IMG/VR virus record: IMGVR_UViG_3300025131_008477
Span: 6,124 to 70,123 of that record
Direction: 5' to 3' (one strand)
Length of the DNA: 64,000 nt
Origin: a virus
This document shows, one piece after another, positions 10,503-20,129 of the stretch. The position numbers were made by a program, and so were the translations under genes. Every line of letters starts with the position of its first letter. Position 1 is the first letter of the stretch. Under the pieces are notes generated by a model. It searched no databases. It saw only the letters and a program-made list of their open reading frames with translations, and was not told the origin of the DNA.

Positions 10503-13500
10503 CTAAAATTCTAATTTAACTTTAATAACTGCTTCTCTTGAAAAGTTTTTCTGTAAGGATTTACTTAATGCAGCTATAGCTACACAAGTTCCATAATTAT
10601 CATATAAATGAACTTGTGTTATAAATGACTGAGGATCACCATCCATTGTTGATGAACCTGATATATAATCAACACCGTCATATCCAGTATAAGAACCACT
10701 AGTAATAATAAATCCACCCTTTCTACCAACATCATTATTAAACATATTTCTACCTGATCCACTTAAAATAGTAAAATTATTTGTATGATTAAAATGAGTA
10801 TTAGGTATTCTACATAAATAAATTACATTTGTTACTTCTTTTTCACCAAACAAAGTTAAAGAATTTCCACTAACATTTCTCATAGTATTTACAAAACGTA
10901 ATGCATTTTTATCATCTTGATTAGAAGATGTTAATGGATAAAGTTGATCATGTCCACTATTTTTATATAAGAATGAGCCACTAAAAGTTCCTCCACCCCA
11001 ATTTGAATTTAGACTCATACTTGTTTGATTTTTAATTGAAGAAATAATAAATTTCTGAGAATACTTCTCGTTCCCACTTCCACTATCAATTCTAATTGCA
11101 TCCCCAACTACAAGAGATCCTGTGAAATTAGTCCCGCTTCCAGAAATTTGTTTTGATCCATTAGATGCGGTTATAGTACCAGTAAGTATAGAATATCCAC
11201 TTTTATTAAATTCAGCAATTTTTGGATTTTTTACTGATCTAAATTCATTAGAAAGTTTTTCACCAAATACCATCAAACCAACATCAGGATAAATATAACC
11301 ATATCTCCCACCCACAACATTTCCAACCATAGAACCGGCAGATCCAGAAACTATACTATATACATGACCAGCATCTGTTACATTAGGTGGTGTTGTAACT
11401 ACCTTGCTGTCATCAGTTAAATGAAGAGTTTTACCACTACCATTTGAATCTGATCCACTTAATGTCAAAGTCCAATTTCCAGATTGTAATTGATCTTTAA
11501 ATCTTGATTTTTTAAAGTTTAAAATATATATCCAATTATCGACATTACCATCATTACCATCAGATCTAACATCTGAACCGGATGATATTAAAAATCCTTT
11601 ATCTATTCTATCAGGATCTAATAAAGCTGATGCATATTGTCTATATACAGCTTCAGAAGCTCCTTTTATATCATTATTATTTGTAATAGAACCAGACCCA
11701 AATCTATGACCCCATGTGATATAAAACTGTGTATTAGATTTTGGTGAATTTGGATCACCGTCTGTAACTCCAAAATAATATTTCTTATTCGTATCTGCCA
11801 TAGATGCTGTATATATAGAACTACCACTTATACCACTATTTTTATCAACACTGTCACCCGTAAAATAATTAATTGTTTTCATACCACTTTTTATAATTTT
11901 ATCATGTCCTAATTTTGCAGTTCTTATTGTTAATGGTATGCAATTACCACCAGTACCACATGAAGTACATTCAAAACCCAATGTCGCCAAATAATCATTA
12001 TCTACCAACCCACATGGGTAAGGATCTGTGTAACATATAGAAGCATCTCCACCATCACTACATTTAAATTGACCAGAAGGAATTTCTGTAGTAATAAAAT
12101 CTTGACCATATGACATTGATACTGCCGTTTCATCAGCCCAAAACTCTGTCCACACAGGTGCACCAGATGGTATATTCATGTCTCCATCAATCATACTTTC
12201 TATATATTGAGCAATATCATATCTACCCAGGTCTTCCCATAAACCCTGATCAGTTGAATCTAACTGACCATCACCATTTAGGTCATAATCTTCAAAGTAT
12301 TCAATACCAAACATGGAATAGTCAAATCCTCCTTGTGGAAAATATCCATACCAAGTATATTCCGCGGTAAGATCATTACCACCTTCCACACTCTTCAACC
12401 ATTGTACTCTTTGTATAAATTCAAGTGGTCTGGAATCTCCTTGACATGCAGTAGTGGTCTGACCGGATTGACCATATGAAGATATACAATTTGATTGTAT
12501 CAATGGACTGTCTGCCAGTCCACTTTTCCACCGTATCCACAACCCATCATATTCAGATATTATATTATCACCCATCGCCGACTCTTGACTTTCAGTTGGA
12601 AATTCAGCTGAACAATTATTTATTATATCAGCAGCACAATATTGCCAACAAGCGTCTGTGTTTGGGAAAGTATCATCACACTCTCCTGTAAGACTTGTAT
12701 CTTCTGGATGCATCCATTGAATATCATTACTATCTGCTGAATGCACATGTGTAACATCTAACTCTCCTCCATGTTGATAAGATAAACCATATATATTAGC
12801 ATGTAATGCCTGTACCATCTGAACGGTTGTCATATCACCACCATAACTACCTTCTGGTGGACCATATGTATTTCCCCATTTAAAATGAAGGTAATCATCA
12901 TAACTACAACAACCTGGAAAACTACCACCACATTGTGTTGTAGCTTCTGGCCAATAATTTCTAGCTTGAGGATCAGTACACCCAATGATAGAACAATCAG
13001 TTAAATCTTGAATTCCTCCGGTGTCACCATCATCCCAACCGAACTCCGTTCCAAAAGATGCATCAGGATTATTTGGGTCTGATACTGTAATACTTAAATT
13101 AGCGGTCAGCCAACCGACAGGTGCGGCCATTAAACATGCTGGATATGAAGCTTCACCTGATACTGAATCTGAAACTGTTGGACAAATTTTATTCCAGTAT
13201 AATTGAAAATTACCATCAAACTGTAAATTACCATTATAAAGTAAAGCACAAATTCCATCTCCACCAGCACCGAGTTCTCCATTTGTCTCTATAGTCGATA
13301 ATTCATTATTATTTAAATATAAAGTTGTTAAACTTGTTAAATCTTGTATTTGTACTGGTATTATACCAGAAGCATCACCAGCGCCAAGTGAATTATCAGA
13401 TAAATCTAATGTAGTTAAGGAAGTTGCGTTTCCTATCGATATTGGTATTTCTGTTAAACCAATATTACCTGCAATAAAAGATGTTAAATTTCCATTTATG

Positions 13501-16500
13501 TCCCATACACTTTCACCACTATTTAAATTAATTTGCATTGATTTTGCATCTGGTGTACTGGAAACTGCAGTTAAATCTCCAATAACACTCACATCTGTTT
13601 TAAAGAAACAATGACCAGTCTCAGTATAACCATCTACATCTATATCTTCACCGAAAAGAAATATTGAATCTTCAATAACTACATCAGGGTCATATGAAGC
13701 AGTTGCACCATCTGTATGTTTATTCCAATAAAAATCATGAGTTGTCATATCACTACAATATTCACAAGTTGTTACTGGATATTGATCATATATATTGATC
13801 TCAGCTGGATCTAAATATAAAGTACCAGCGCCACTACCTACTTCAAAGTTAAGTGCTACTGGATCTGGACAACCAGTTAATGTCCACCCACCACAATCAG
13901 GATGTGTATCTAAACCATTTGATGCTACATCCCAACCAACCGGAATATCCTCATATTCACCAACAGTACCATCTGGAATATGATTTGTTTCATTAATGTC
14001 ATCACAATAATATTCACTGGATATTATATCACCTGGATAGTCGTCATCAGGACCTTGAACATCACAACATTGTGAATTTCCAAGTCCATAGCCATTGGGG
14101 TCATAATAATTACTACCATCAGCCTGACAATATTCTACTGGATATACACAACATTCTGTTGTAGCTGATCCTGGATTAGCTGTATCAATAAATGGATTGG
14201 TAGGATCATAACCCGCATCATATCCATTTTGACAGGTTTCTTTCAGAATTTCATAGTTGCAAGCAGTTATATCTGGACATCCCACGTCATATATTGGATT
14301 TTCTTCACATGGTGCTCCATTACAATCATAACTAGCACAAGATACAGGTTGACCTACATTATTAGCACCACAAACAAAATGTTGGGTTGTATCATAAGGA
14401 GGTCCATCACTTCCTTGTGGATTATCATCATCAAGGTTGGCCGCATAACAATATGTATAATAAATATCTGGATAATGCAGAACCATGCCACAAGTTTCAC
14501 CGGTGGGAGAACAATCACCAGTGGAATAACATAAATTACCGGTATTTTCTTGTGTTGCATCAACCACACAAGTCTCTCTACCTGATTTCCATGCTCCACC
14601 AGAGCCAGTATCACATACACCACAATCATCCATGTTGAAATCCGCGGTTGGTACAAAACTATATATATCTAATCCTTCACCAATAATAATGTCAGCGCTT
14701 CCACCAACATCGCAATCACCACAAGTATCTAGTGAATATTCACAACGACCTTGACGATAGTCACAATGAGTAGAATCACAAGTACAATTTACACCGGCAT
14801 CTGTTGTAGTACCACCTCCATCACAACAAGACGTATATTCACAAGAACCATCATCATAATAACCCTGTGCCGCTGTCCCATCTTGAGTACATGCTTTTGG
14901 ATCAGTACAACCACCTACCTCAGTACCACTTGAAGCTGATACTAAAATATAATTAGCTGGACAAGTAGGACCACAATAAATTTCATCAGAACTACCCTCA
15001 TTACAGTATCCAGTAACTCCCTCTAGACAACATGTTACTCTTTCATCTGAATTATCAGTACCACCTTCTAATCCAGTACAACATGTTGTACCACCATCAT
15101 CTGTATAATTACCAAAATTACAAACACTGTTAGGATCTTCATTCGCATTAGAATTATAATTACAAGCAGTTGCATCCATACAACCTGTATCTGTACTGGT
15201 ATCATATCCACTCGGACAAGTAGGATTACAACTGGTTACCTGAGTTACACCAGATCCGACAATCTGATAACAGTCTATAGTTATTTCAGATTGACAACTA
15301 GTACCACTACAATCACCTGGACTTCCACAAGGTGTAGCTGAAAAATCATATCCATCATAACTACTATTAGCCGAACAGGATAAATCAGTATAATAGAAAC
15401 AACTGTCGTCATCCGTATCTGCGTTAACATTATAATTACAAGCAGAAAAATATGTACAACCTTCATCTGAACTGTCATCCCATCCATCATGAAGGTCACA
15501 ACTTTCATCACAACCAGTCCAAGAATAGACTTGATCATCTAGTTCATTATAACAAGTAACTGTGTTTTGAGCATAACAACCATCTTGATCAGTTCCACCA
15601 TCCGATGAGGGGCAATTAGTTGGACTGCCACAAGGTGTAACTCCACCACAAGAACCCTGACCAAAACATCCACCTTGACCATCAGCTCCATCACAAGTTG
15701 AACTTTGTCCTCCACAATTTGTACACGTAGCATATATACAAGCAGCATTATCACAATTATTTTCATTACAGGCACTTGAGTCACCACAGGAATATGAGAA
15801 ACAAGGATTATTACATCCACCACCACATTCTGCACAACCACTATAATAAGTACCTACACAATCATCACTGTCATCAGTACTGTCTATAACCCAACCGGTA
15901 TTACAAGTATTACCTTCAGTACATTGTGTTTCTGAGTTACCTGGGTCTCCGAAACCATCAACATCTGCATCTCTATAACAAAGAGTATTAGTTTTAGTTC
16001 CCCATTCAGTCCCTGCACAATCTGAACAAATCCGATTAGTAGTTCCAGAACAAGCGGTAGTTTCGGTTTGATTGGAAGCACACGTTGCGCAACTACTACA
16101 AACTCGATTAGTAGTTCCAGAACAAGCTGTAGTTTCGTATGTGCTACCATCGGTACACGTTGCGCAACTACTACAAACTCGATTAGTAGTTCCAGAACAA
16201 GCGGTAGTTTCGTATGTGCTACCATCGGTACACGTTGTGCAACTACTACATCCTCGGTCCGAAGTTGTTGTGGGTGCCGTGGATTCATATTGGGTGTTTG
16301 TGCATACTGTTAAATCTGTACATCCTCGGTCCGAAGTTGTTGTGGGTGCCGTGGATTCATATTGGGTGTTTGTGCATACTGTATGTGAATAACACACTCC
16401 CTCAGAAGAATACTGACCATCAGATGGACCACTACCATCACATACACCACAATCATCTAATACATTACCATCACAGTCACATGCCCAACTTGGTATACCC

Positions 16501-17576
16501 ATACCACCACAGACACCACATTCATCATTTACTAAAACACCACCACATTCACCAGCACAATCATCCGAAGGACACCCAGGGCCACAATCGTTACACCCAC
16601 AGGGTGCAGGTTCACCACAACCACAACCTACATCTGCAGATGCACCTTGGCCATCATTACAACCACATCCTTCTTCGGGATACCAACAATTGGGTTGAAC
16701 CCCACATTCCGGGCAGAAGCCGCCACCATCTTCACCATCACCACCACCACCACCAAAACTGCAATTTCCGGTGCAATATTCGGTGTACTGAGATGAAAAA
16801 TTGGCACATGGTACGTAACCACCAGTTGCACCACAGGAACCGTTTCCTTGATTATATTGACCACAATAGCTGTAAAATATATTACACATAGTTCCGTTAC
16901 CATTGAATGCAGTGCAGGGAACTCCCATTACTCCAGAACAACCACCACCACCAGTATTATGAGTTAAAATACCATCGGCAAAGAATGTATGATTATCTTT
17001 TACATGAATATCATATGTTCTAATACCAGATTCTAATATAGGTTCTATATCTGTTACTATAACTTCATTTAGTTCACCACTATCATCATATTCATATACA
17101 ACATCACCAACTTCTAATTGTTCAACTTTTTTTCCGTAATTAGATGCCCAAACCCATTGATGTAATGTATTGCATCTTTCAGCATCTACAGCTACAAATC
17201 CTTTATCTCTTGACCAAAATGGATTAGCTATTGTATTATGTGTTACAGTACCATTATCATATGTAATTTTAACTGTAATATCACCACCTTCTATATCAGT
17301 ATGTGTCTGAGTAAGTAACCATTCTACTTCTTTTGGTTCAAATTGTCCTGTGTGTACATTATAGGAAAGAACTTCATCACCTTCAACAATATCTTCAATG
17401 TTTTTATCTGGACCATCTTTCATTATAACTTTTGTTCCGGCTATAAAACATTCTGCCATAAGTTCAGCTACAGATTCATCAGAATACTCAAAATCTTCAG
17501 AAACAGTATCAAACTGATGTGTTATATCATTCCACTCCAATATAACTTCGTTATATATTTTTCTCATTTTTCCCAT
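10503..17576 (-). CDS. 2357-aa modular tail-associated protein: leader, Hint domain, Cys-rich repeats, LRR, EF-hand-like motif and a tail-collar/baseplate-type C-terminal domain
   Basis: CFIAGTKV...THN|T Hint domain; DECGVCGG and GCxDxxACNY repeats; LTTLDLSDNSL LRR; DLNGDGQLDSTD. The C-terminus FITQVHLYDNYG...KNFSREAVIKVKLEF is shared with neighbouring genes. Confidence 0.8.
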   Translation of the reverse strand: MGKMRKIYNEVILEWNDITHQFDTVSEDFEYSDESVAELMAECFIAGTKVIMKDGPDKNIEDIVEGDEVLSYNVHTGQFEPKEVEWLLTQTHTDIEGGDITVKITYDNGTVTHNTIANPFWSRDKGFVAVDAERCNTLHQWVWASNYGKKVEQLEVGDVVYEYDDSGELNEVIVTDIEPILESGIRTYDIHVKDNHTFFADGILTHNTGGGGCSGVMGVPCTAFNGNGTMCNIFYSYCGQYNQGNGSCGATGGYVPCANFSSQYTEYCTGNCSFGGGGGDGEDGGGFCPECGVQPNCWYPEEGCGCNDGQGASADVGCGCGEPAPCGCNDCGPGCPSDDCAGECGGVLVNDECGVCGGMGIPSWACDCDGNVLDDCGVCDGSGPSDGQYSSEGVCYSHTVCTNTQYESTAPTTTSDRGCTDLTVCTNTQYESTAPTTTSDRGCSSCTTCTDGSTYETTACSGTTNRVCSSCATCTDGSTYETTACSGTTNRVCSSCATCASNQTETTACSGTTNRICSDCAGTEWGTKTNTLCYRDADVDGFGDPGNSETQCTEGNTCNTGWVIDSTDDSDDCVGTYYSGCAECGGGCNNPCFSYSCGDSSACNENNCDNAACIYATCTNCGGQSSTCDGADGQGGCFGQGSCGGVTPCGSPTNCPSSDGGTDQDGCYAQNTVTCYNELDDQVYSWTGCDESCDLHDGWDDSSDEGCTYFSACNYNVNADTDDDSCFYYTDLSCSANSSYDGYDFSATPCGSPGDCSGTSCQSEITIDCYQIVGSGVTQVTSCNPTCPSGYDTSTDTGCMDATACNYNSNANEDPNSVCNFGNYTDDGGTTCCTGLEGGTDNSDERVTCCLEGVTGYCNEGSSDEIYCGPTCPANYILVSASSGTEVGGCTDPKACTQDGTAAQGYYDDGSCEYTSCCDGGGTTTDAGVNCTCDSTHCDYRQGRCEYSLDTCGDCDVGGSADIIIGEGLDIYSFVPTADFNMDDCGVCDTGSGGAWKSGRETCVVDATQENTGNLCYSTGDCSPTGETCGMVLHYPDIYYTYCYAANLDDDNPQGSDGPPYDTTQHFVCGANNVGQPVSCASYDCNGAPCEENPIYDVGCPDITACNYEILKETCQNGYDAGYDPTNPFIDTANPGSATTECCVYPVEYCQADGSNYYDPNGYGLGNSQCCDVQGPDDDYPGDIISSEYYCDDINETNHIPDGTVGEYEDIPVGWDVASNGLDTHPDCGGWTLTGCPDPVALNFEVGSGAGTLYLDPAEINIYDQYPVTTCEYCSDMTTHDFYWNKHTDGATASYDPDVVIEDSIFLFGEDIDVDGYTETGHCFFKTDVSVIGDLTAVSSTPDAKSMQINLNSGESVWDINGNLTSFIAGNIGLTEIPISIGNATSLTTLDLSDNSLGAGDASGIIPVQIQDLTSLTTLYLNNNELSTIETNGELGAGGDGICALLYNGNLQFDGNFQLYWNKICPTVSDSVSGEASYPACLMAAPVGWLTANLSITVSDPNNPDASFGTEFGWDDGDTGGIQDLTDCSIIGCTDPQARNYWPEATTQCGGSFPGCCSYDDYLHFKWGNTYGPPEGSYGGDMTTVQMVQALHANIYGLSYQHGGELDVTHVHSADSNDIQWMHPEDTSLTGECDDTFPNTDACWQYCAADIINNCSAEFPTESQESAMGDNIISEYDGLWIRWKSGLADSPLIQSNCISSYGQSGQTTTACQGDSRPLEFIQRVQWLKSVEGGNDLTAEYTWYGYFPQGGFDYSMFGIEYFEDYDLNGDGQLDSTDQGLWEDLGRYDIAQYIESMIDGDMNIPSGAPVWTEFWADETAVSMSYGQDFITTEIPSGQFKCSDGGDASICYTDPYPCGLVDNDYLATLGFECTSCGTGGNCIPLTIRTAKLGHDKIIKSGMKTINYFTGDSVDKNSGISGSSIYTASMADTNKKYYFGVTDGDPNSPKSNTQFYITWGHRFGSGSITNNNDIKGASEAVYRQYASALLDPDRIDKGFLISSGSDVRSDGNDGNVDNWIYILNFKKSRFKDQLQSGNWTLTLSGSDSNGSGKTLHLTDDSKVVTTPPNVTDAGHVYSIVSGSAGSMVGNVVGGRYGYIYPDVGLMVFGEKLSNEFRSVKNPKIAEFNKSGYSILTGTITASNGSKQISGSGTNFTGSLVVGDAIRIDSGSGNEKYSQKFIISSIKNQTSMSLNSNWGGGTFSGSFLYKNSGHDQLYPLTSSNQDDKNALRFVNTMRNVSGNSLTLFGEKEVTNVIYLCRIPNTHFNHTNNFTILSGSGRNMFNNDVGRKGGFIITSGSYTGYDGVDYISGSSTMDGDPQSFITQVHLYDNYGTCVAIAALSKSLQKNFSREAVIKVKLEF
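16030..16383 (-). repeat. Near-identical tandem repeats (72-75 nt) encoding TNFR-like Cys units
   Basis: Two copies of CTNTQYESTAPTTTSDRGC and three of CSSCxTC...ETTACSGTTNRxC, with almost identical DNA. Confidence 0.85.
16956..17450 (-). other. Hint (intein-like) domain, 165 aa, without a homing endonuclease
   Basis: Block A CFIAGTKV and blocks F/G TYDIHVKDNHTFFADGILTHN followed by Thr. Block B reads TIANPF. Confidence 0.88.
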
Positions 17577-17579
17577 ATT

Positions 17580-18554
17580 TTAATGATCCACCTTAAATGT
17601 TATAATTAAATCTATATCATCTCTCATTTGTATTGACCTAGGTAAATTAGCTGTAATTAATGGTTCTTCTTGTTGATTTCTATGTAAATGTATTTGATTA
17701 AAATAAGGAGACCACCCACTTCCTGTTAATTCGTTTCTCATATTAATATAATCAGCAAAATTTGAACCTGATGGTAAAGACCCAGACAATGGTAATCTGG
17801 TACTCGCATTCATTGCTCTATTAAAATCACCAGCATTTATTTTAATTGAATATTGTGATGTAAATATAGGTGTTGTTGAATTAAAATTTAATTTCCAAAA
17901 TTTATAATTTTTTTCTAATGTTGTTGCAGAAGATTCTTTTCCACCAATATCAGTATAATCAACAGACCCAGACCAAGAGCCTGTTTCTGTTAATACAGCT
18001 ACACCCAAATCATAAAATACATTACCGACATAATTATATTTTGTTGATAATGCTCCAGCACTTTGAGAATGTGATGCGTTGGTAGAATATAAATTACCAT
18101 TATTATCATCTTTAATTATAATTTCTTTTGTTGTATTTGTTGAACTTCCAGTTCTTGCAGTTAATTGAAAAGAGCCTGGTTTTATTCTTTCCCCAAACAA
18201 TTGTTGTGGAATATAAAATATAGAAGCTGTAGAATAAAACTTGTTGGTATAAAAAGGTTTTAAATCATTATGTTGATTAAAATTGTGATATATATTATTA
18301 AATTTTACAGCATCTGCTGGTTGATCTTCTAAAACCTTTGAAGAACCACTTAAATAAAACATTCCATGAATAAGAGCCCAATGACTACCGGAAGTAGATA
18401 ATGTCACATTTTTATCTGGATCAGTGTAATCATCTTTTTTTGATAATACGTGATGAACTCCATCAGACGCGCTATTTACTGTTTGATTTTTATGAAAAGA
18501 TTGCTCTACAAAATTTGTTTCTGATGAATCGACTCTTCCGAATTTAATTGACAT
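17580..18554 (-). CDS. Tail/baseplate structural protein, divergent paralog of the neighbours (324 aa)
   Basis: Shares GERIKPGSF...IKDD..GNL, VGNVFY..G.AV and a C-terminal PYFNQIHL...ANLPR...FKVD layout with the adjacent paralogs. Confidence 0.65.
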   Translation of the reverse strand: MSIKFGRVDSSETNFVEQSFHKNQTVNSASDGVHHVLSKKDDYTDPDKNVTLSTSGSHWALIHGMFYLSGSSKVLEDQPADAVKFNNIYHNFNQHNDLKPFYTNKFYSTASIFYIPQQLFGERIKPGSFQLTARTGSSTNTTKEIIIKDDNNGNLYSTNASHSQSAGALSTKYNYVGNVFYDLGVAVLTETGSWSGSVDYTDIGGKESSATTLEKNYKFWKLNFNSTTPIFTSQYSIKINAGDFNRAMNASTRLPLSGSLPSGSNFADYINMRNELTGSGWSPYFNQIHLHRNQQEEPLITANLPRSIQMRDDIDLIITFKVDH

Positions 18555-18569
18555 GACAACATAACACAG

Positions 18570-20078
18570 TTAATAAGTTAATTTAACTTTGATTGTAGCT
18601 TCAGATACAAAGTTTTTCTTTAACGGTTTACTCATTTCAGCAACTGCTAAAAGCTGCCCTGCAGAATTATATAAACCAATACCAGTTATAAATGTACTTG
18701 GATTACCCATCATGGTAGTATGACTAAGTTTATTTAAAGCTCCACTTACAAAAGTTGGATTGGATGAAAAATTATAATCACCAGATTTAATTCTACAAAA
18801 ATAACTTTCTTGTGTCGCGTCTTCTTCACTTCTCATTTGTAATACATTATTACTACCACCGAGTCTTAAACAATTTACAAATCTAAGTGCATTTTTTGGA
18901 TTTCCTTGAGCATTTAAATTTGGTGCAAAACCACTACTACTTCCTATAGTAGATGTATTAGTTGAAAAACTAGCAGTTATATCAGTTGTATCTATCAGTG
19001 AAAGTAATGACCCCTCTTCATACAGTGCATTACCAGCCCACTGAAAACTACCGGTAAACGCACTGGTTGAAAGTCCATCACCGGTGATTGTCATTCTTAT
19101 AACTGTATTTCCAGTAGTACTCGCACTTGTGAATTGTACTATATCACCAACACTTAAACCTGAAAATGCAGCTGCTGATGATGAATAATAATATGAACCA
19201 TTGGACGCCGTTACATTATTAATTAAGTTACTACCAAAATTAGGACCACCTGGAATGGATGCAGATAATTCTACACCACTAAATACCATAACACCACGCT
19301 CTGGATAAAACCAACCATAAGTTTTATGAAGATAAGCATTAGCTCTATTAGAACCAGTTGGAGAACCTAATGATCCACTTACAATATTATATCTTTGACC
19401 TCCAGGGGTTGCTATAGATGGTACATAAGCGCTATCATCAGTTAAAGAAAGAGAAACACCATCACCCTGAGTATTAGATCCAGATAATACCATAGTCCAA
19501 GATTTTTTGTTTAATCTATCTTTAAATCTATCTCTTTTACCAATCCACGTGTAAATATATTCATCTCTTACTTTGGAAGAACCATAAACACCACCAGTAC
19601 CAGCTGCTGATATCTTAAATCCACCCGAAACTTCAGTCGGTACCATAAGTAAATTTGCAAATTGTTTATAAATTGCTTGAGTTTCGCCTTTAAGATTAGT
19701 AGGATCGTTCTCAGTATCACCATATTGGTTAGATCCAGAACCTAATACATGACCAAAAGCAACTGAAAATTGTACTTCCGAATTAGAAGCCGATGAATGT
19801 AATTGAGTTACATTAAAATAATACTTTTCATTTGAATTTGATAAAGATCCTGTATGTATATTAGTACCAGAAAGTGTTCCATCGCCGTCTGTAAAATAAC
19901 CAGCTGTAGTTTTAATTGTATCTGATACTGTATCTTGATCTAATATGGTCGTTGAATGTGGTGGTGCTCCTTGTGCCAATGATATATGACCATTATAATC
20001 AAAGCTATCTTCATATATGGTTTCCCACTGCCCATTGGTGTCATTAAATCTAGTTATGACTTTATTATATATTTTCAT
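18570..20078 (-). CDS. Tail/baseplate structural protein with shared leader (502 aa)
   Basis: C-terminal NPTF...FITGIGLYNSAGQLLAVA resembles tail-collar (DUF3751-like) domains. Close paralog of 20130-21398. Confidence 0.7.
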   Translation of the reverse strand: MKIYNKVITRFNDTNGQWETIYEDSFDYNGHISLAQGAPPHSTTILDQDTVSDTIKTTAGYFTDGDGTLSGTNIHTGSLSNSNEKYYFNVTQLHSSASNSEVQFSVAFGHVLGSGSNQYGDTENDPTNLKGETQAIYKQFANLLMVPTEVSGGFKISAAGTGGVYGSSKVRDEYIYTWIGKRDRFKDRLNKKSWTMVLSGSNTQGDGVSLSLTDDSAYVPSIATPGGQRYNIVSGSLGSPTGSNRANAYLHKTYGWFYPERGVMVFSGVELSASIPGGPNFGSNLINNVTASNGSYYYSSSAAAFSGLSVGDIVQFTSASTTGNTVIRMTITGDGLSTSAFTGSFQWAGNALYEEGSLLSLIDTTDITASFSTNTSTIGSSSGFAPNLNAQGNPKNALRFVNCLRLGGSNNVLQMRSEEDATQESYFCRIKSGDYNFSSNPTFVSGALNKLSHTTMMGNPSTFITGIGLYNSAGQLLAVAEMSKPLKKNFVSEATIKVKLTY

Positions 20079-20129
20079 TTAAACTTTCCTTATAGCTTTA
20101 TATAAAATAACTGATAATATAATATATTA

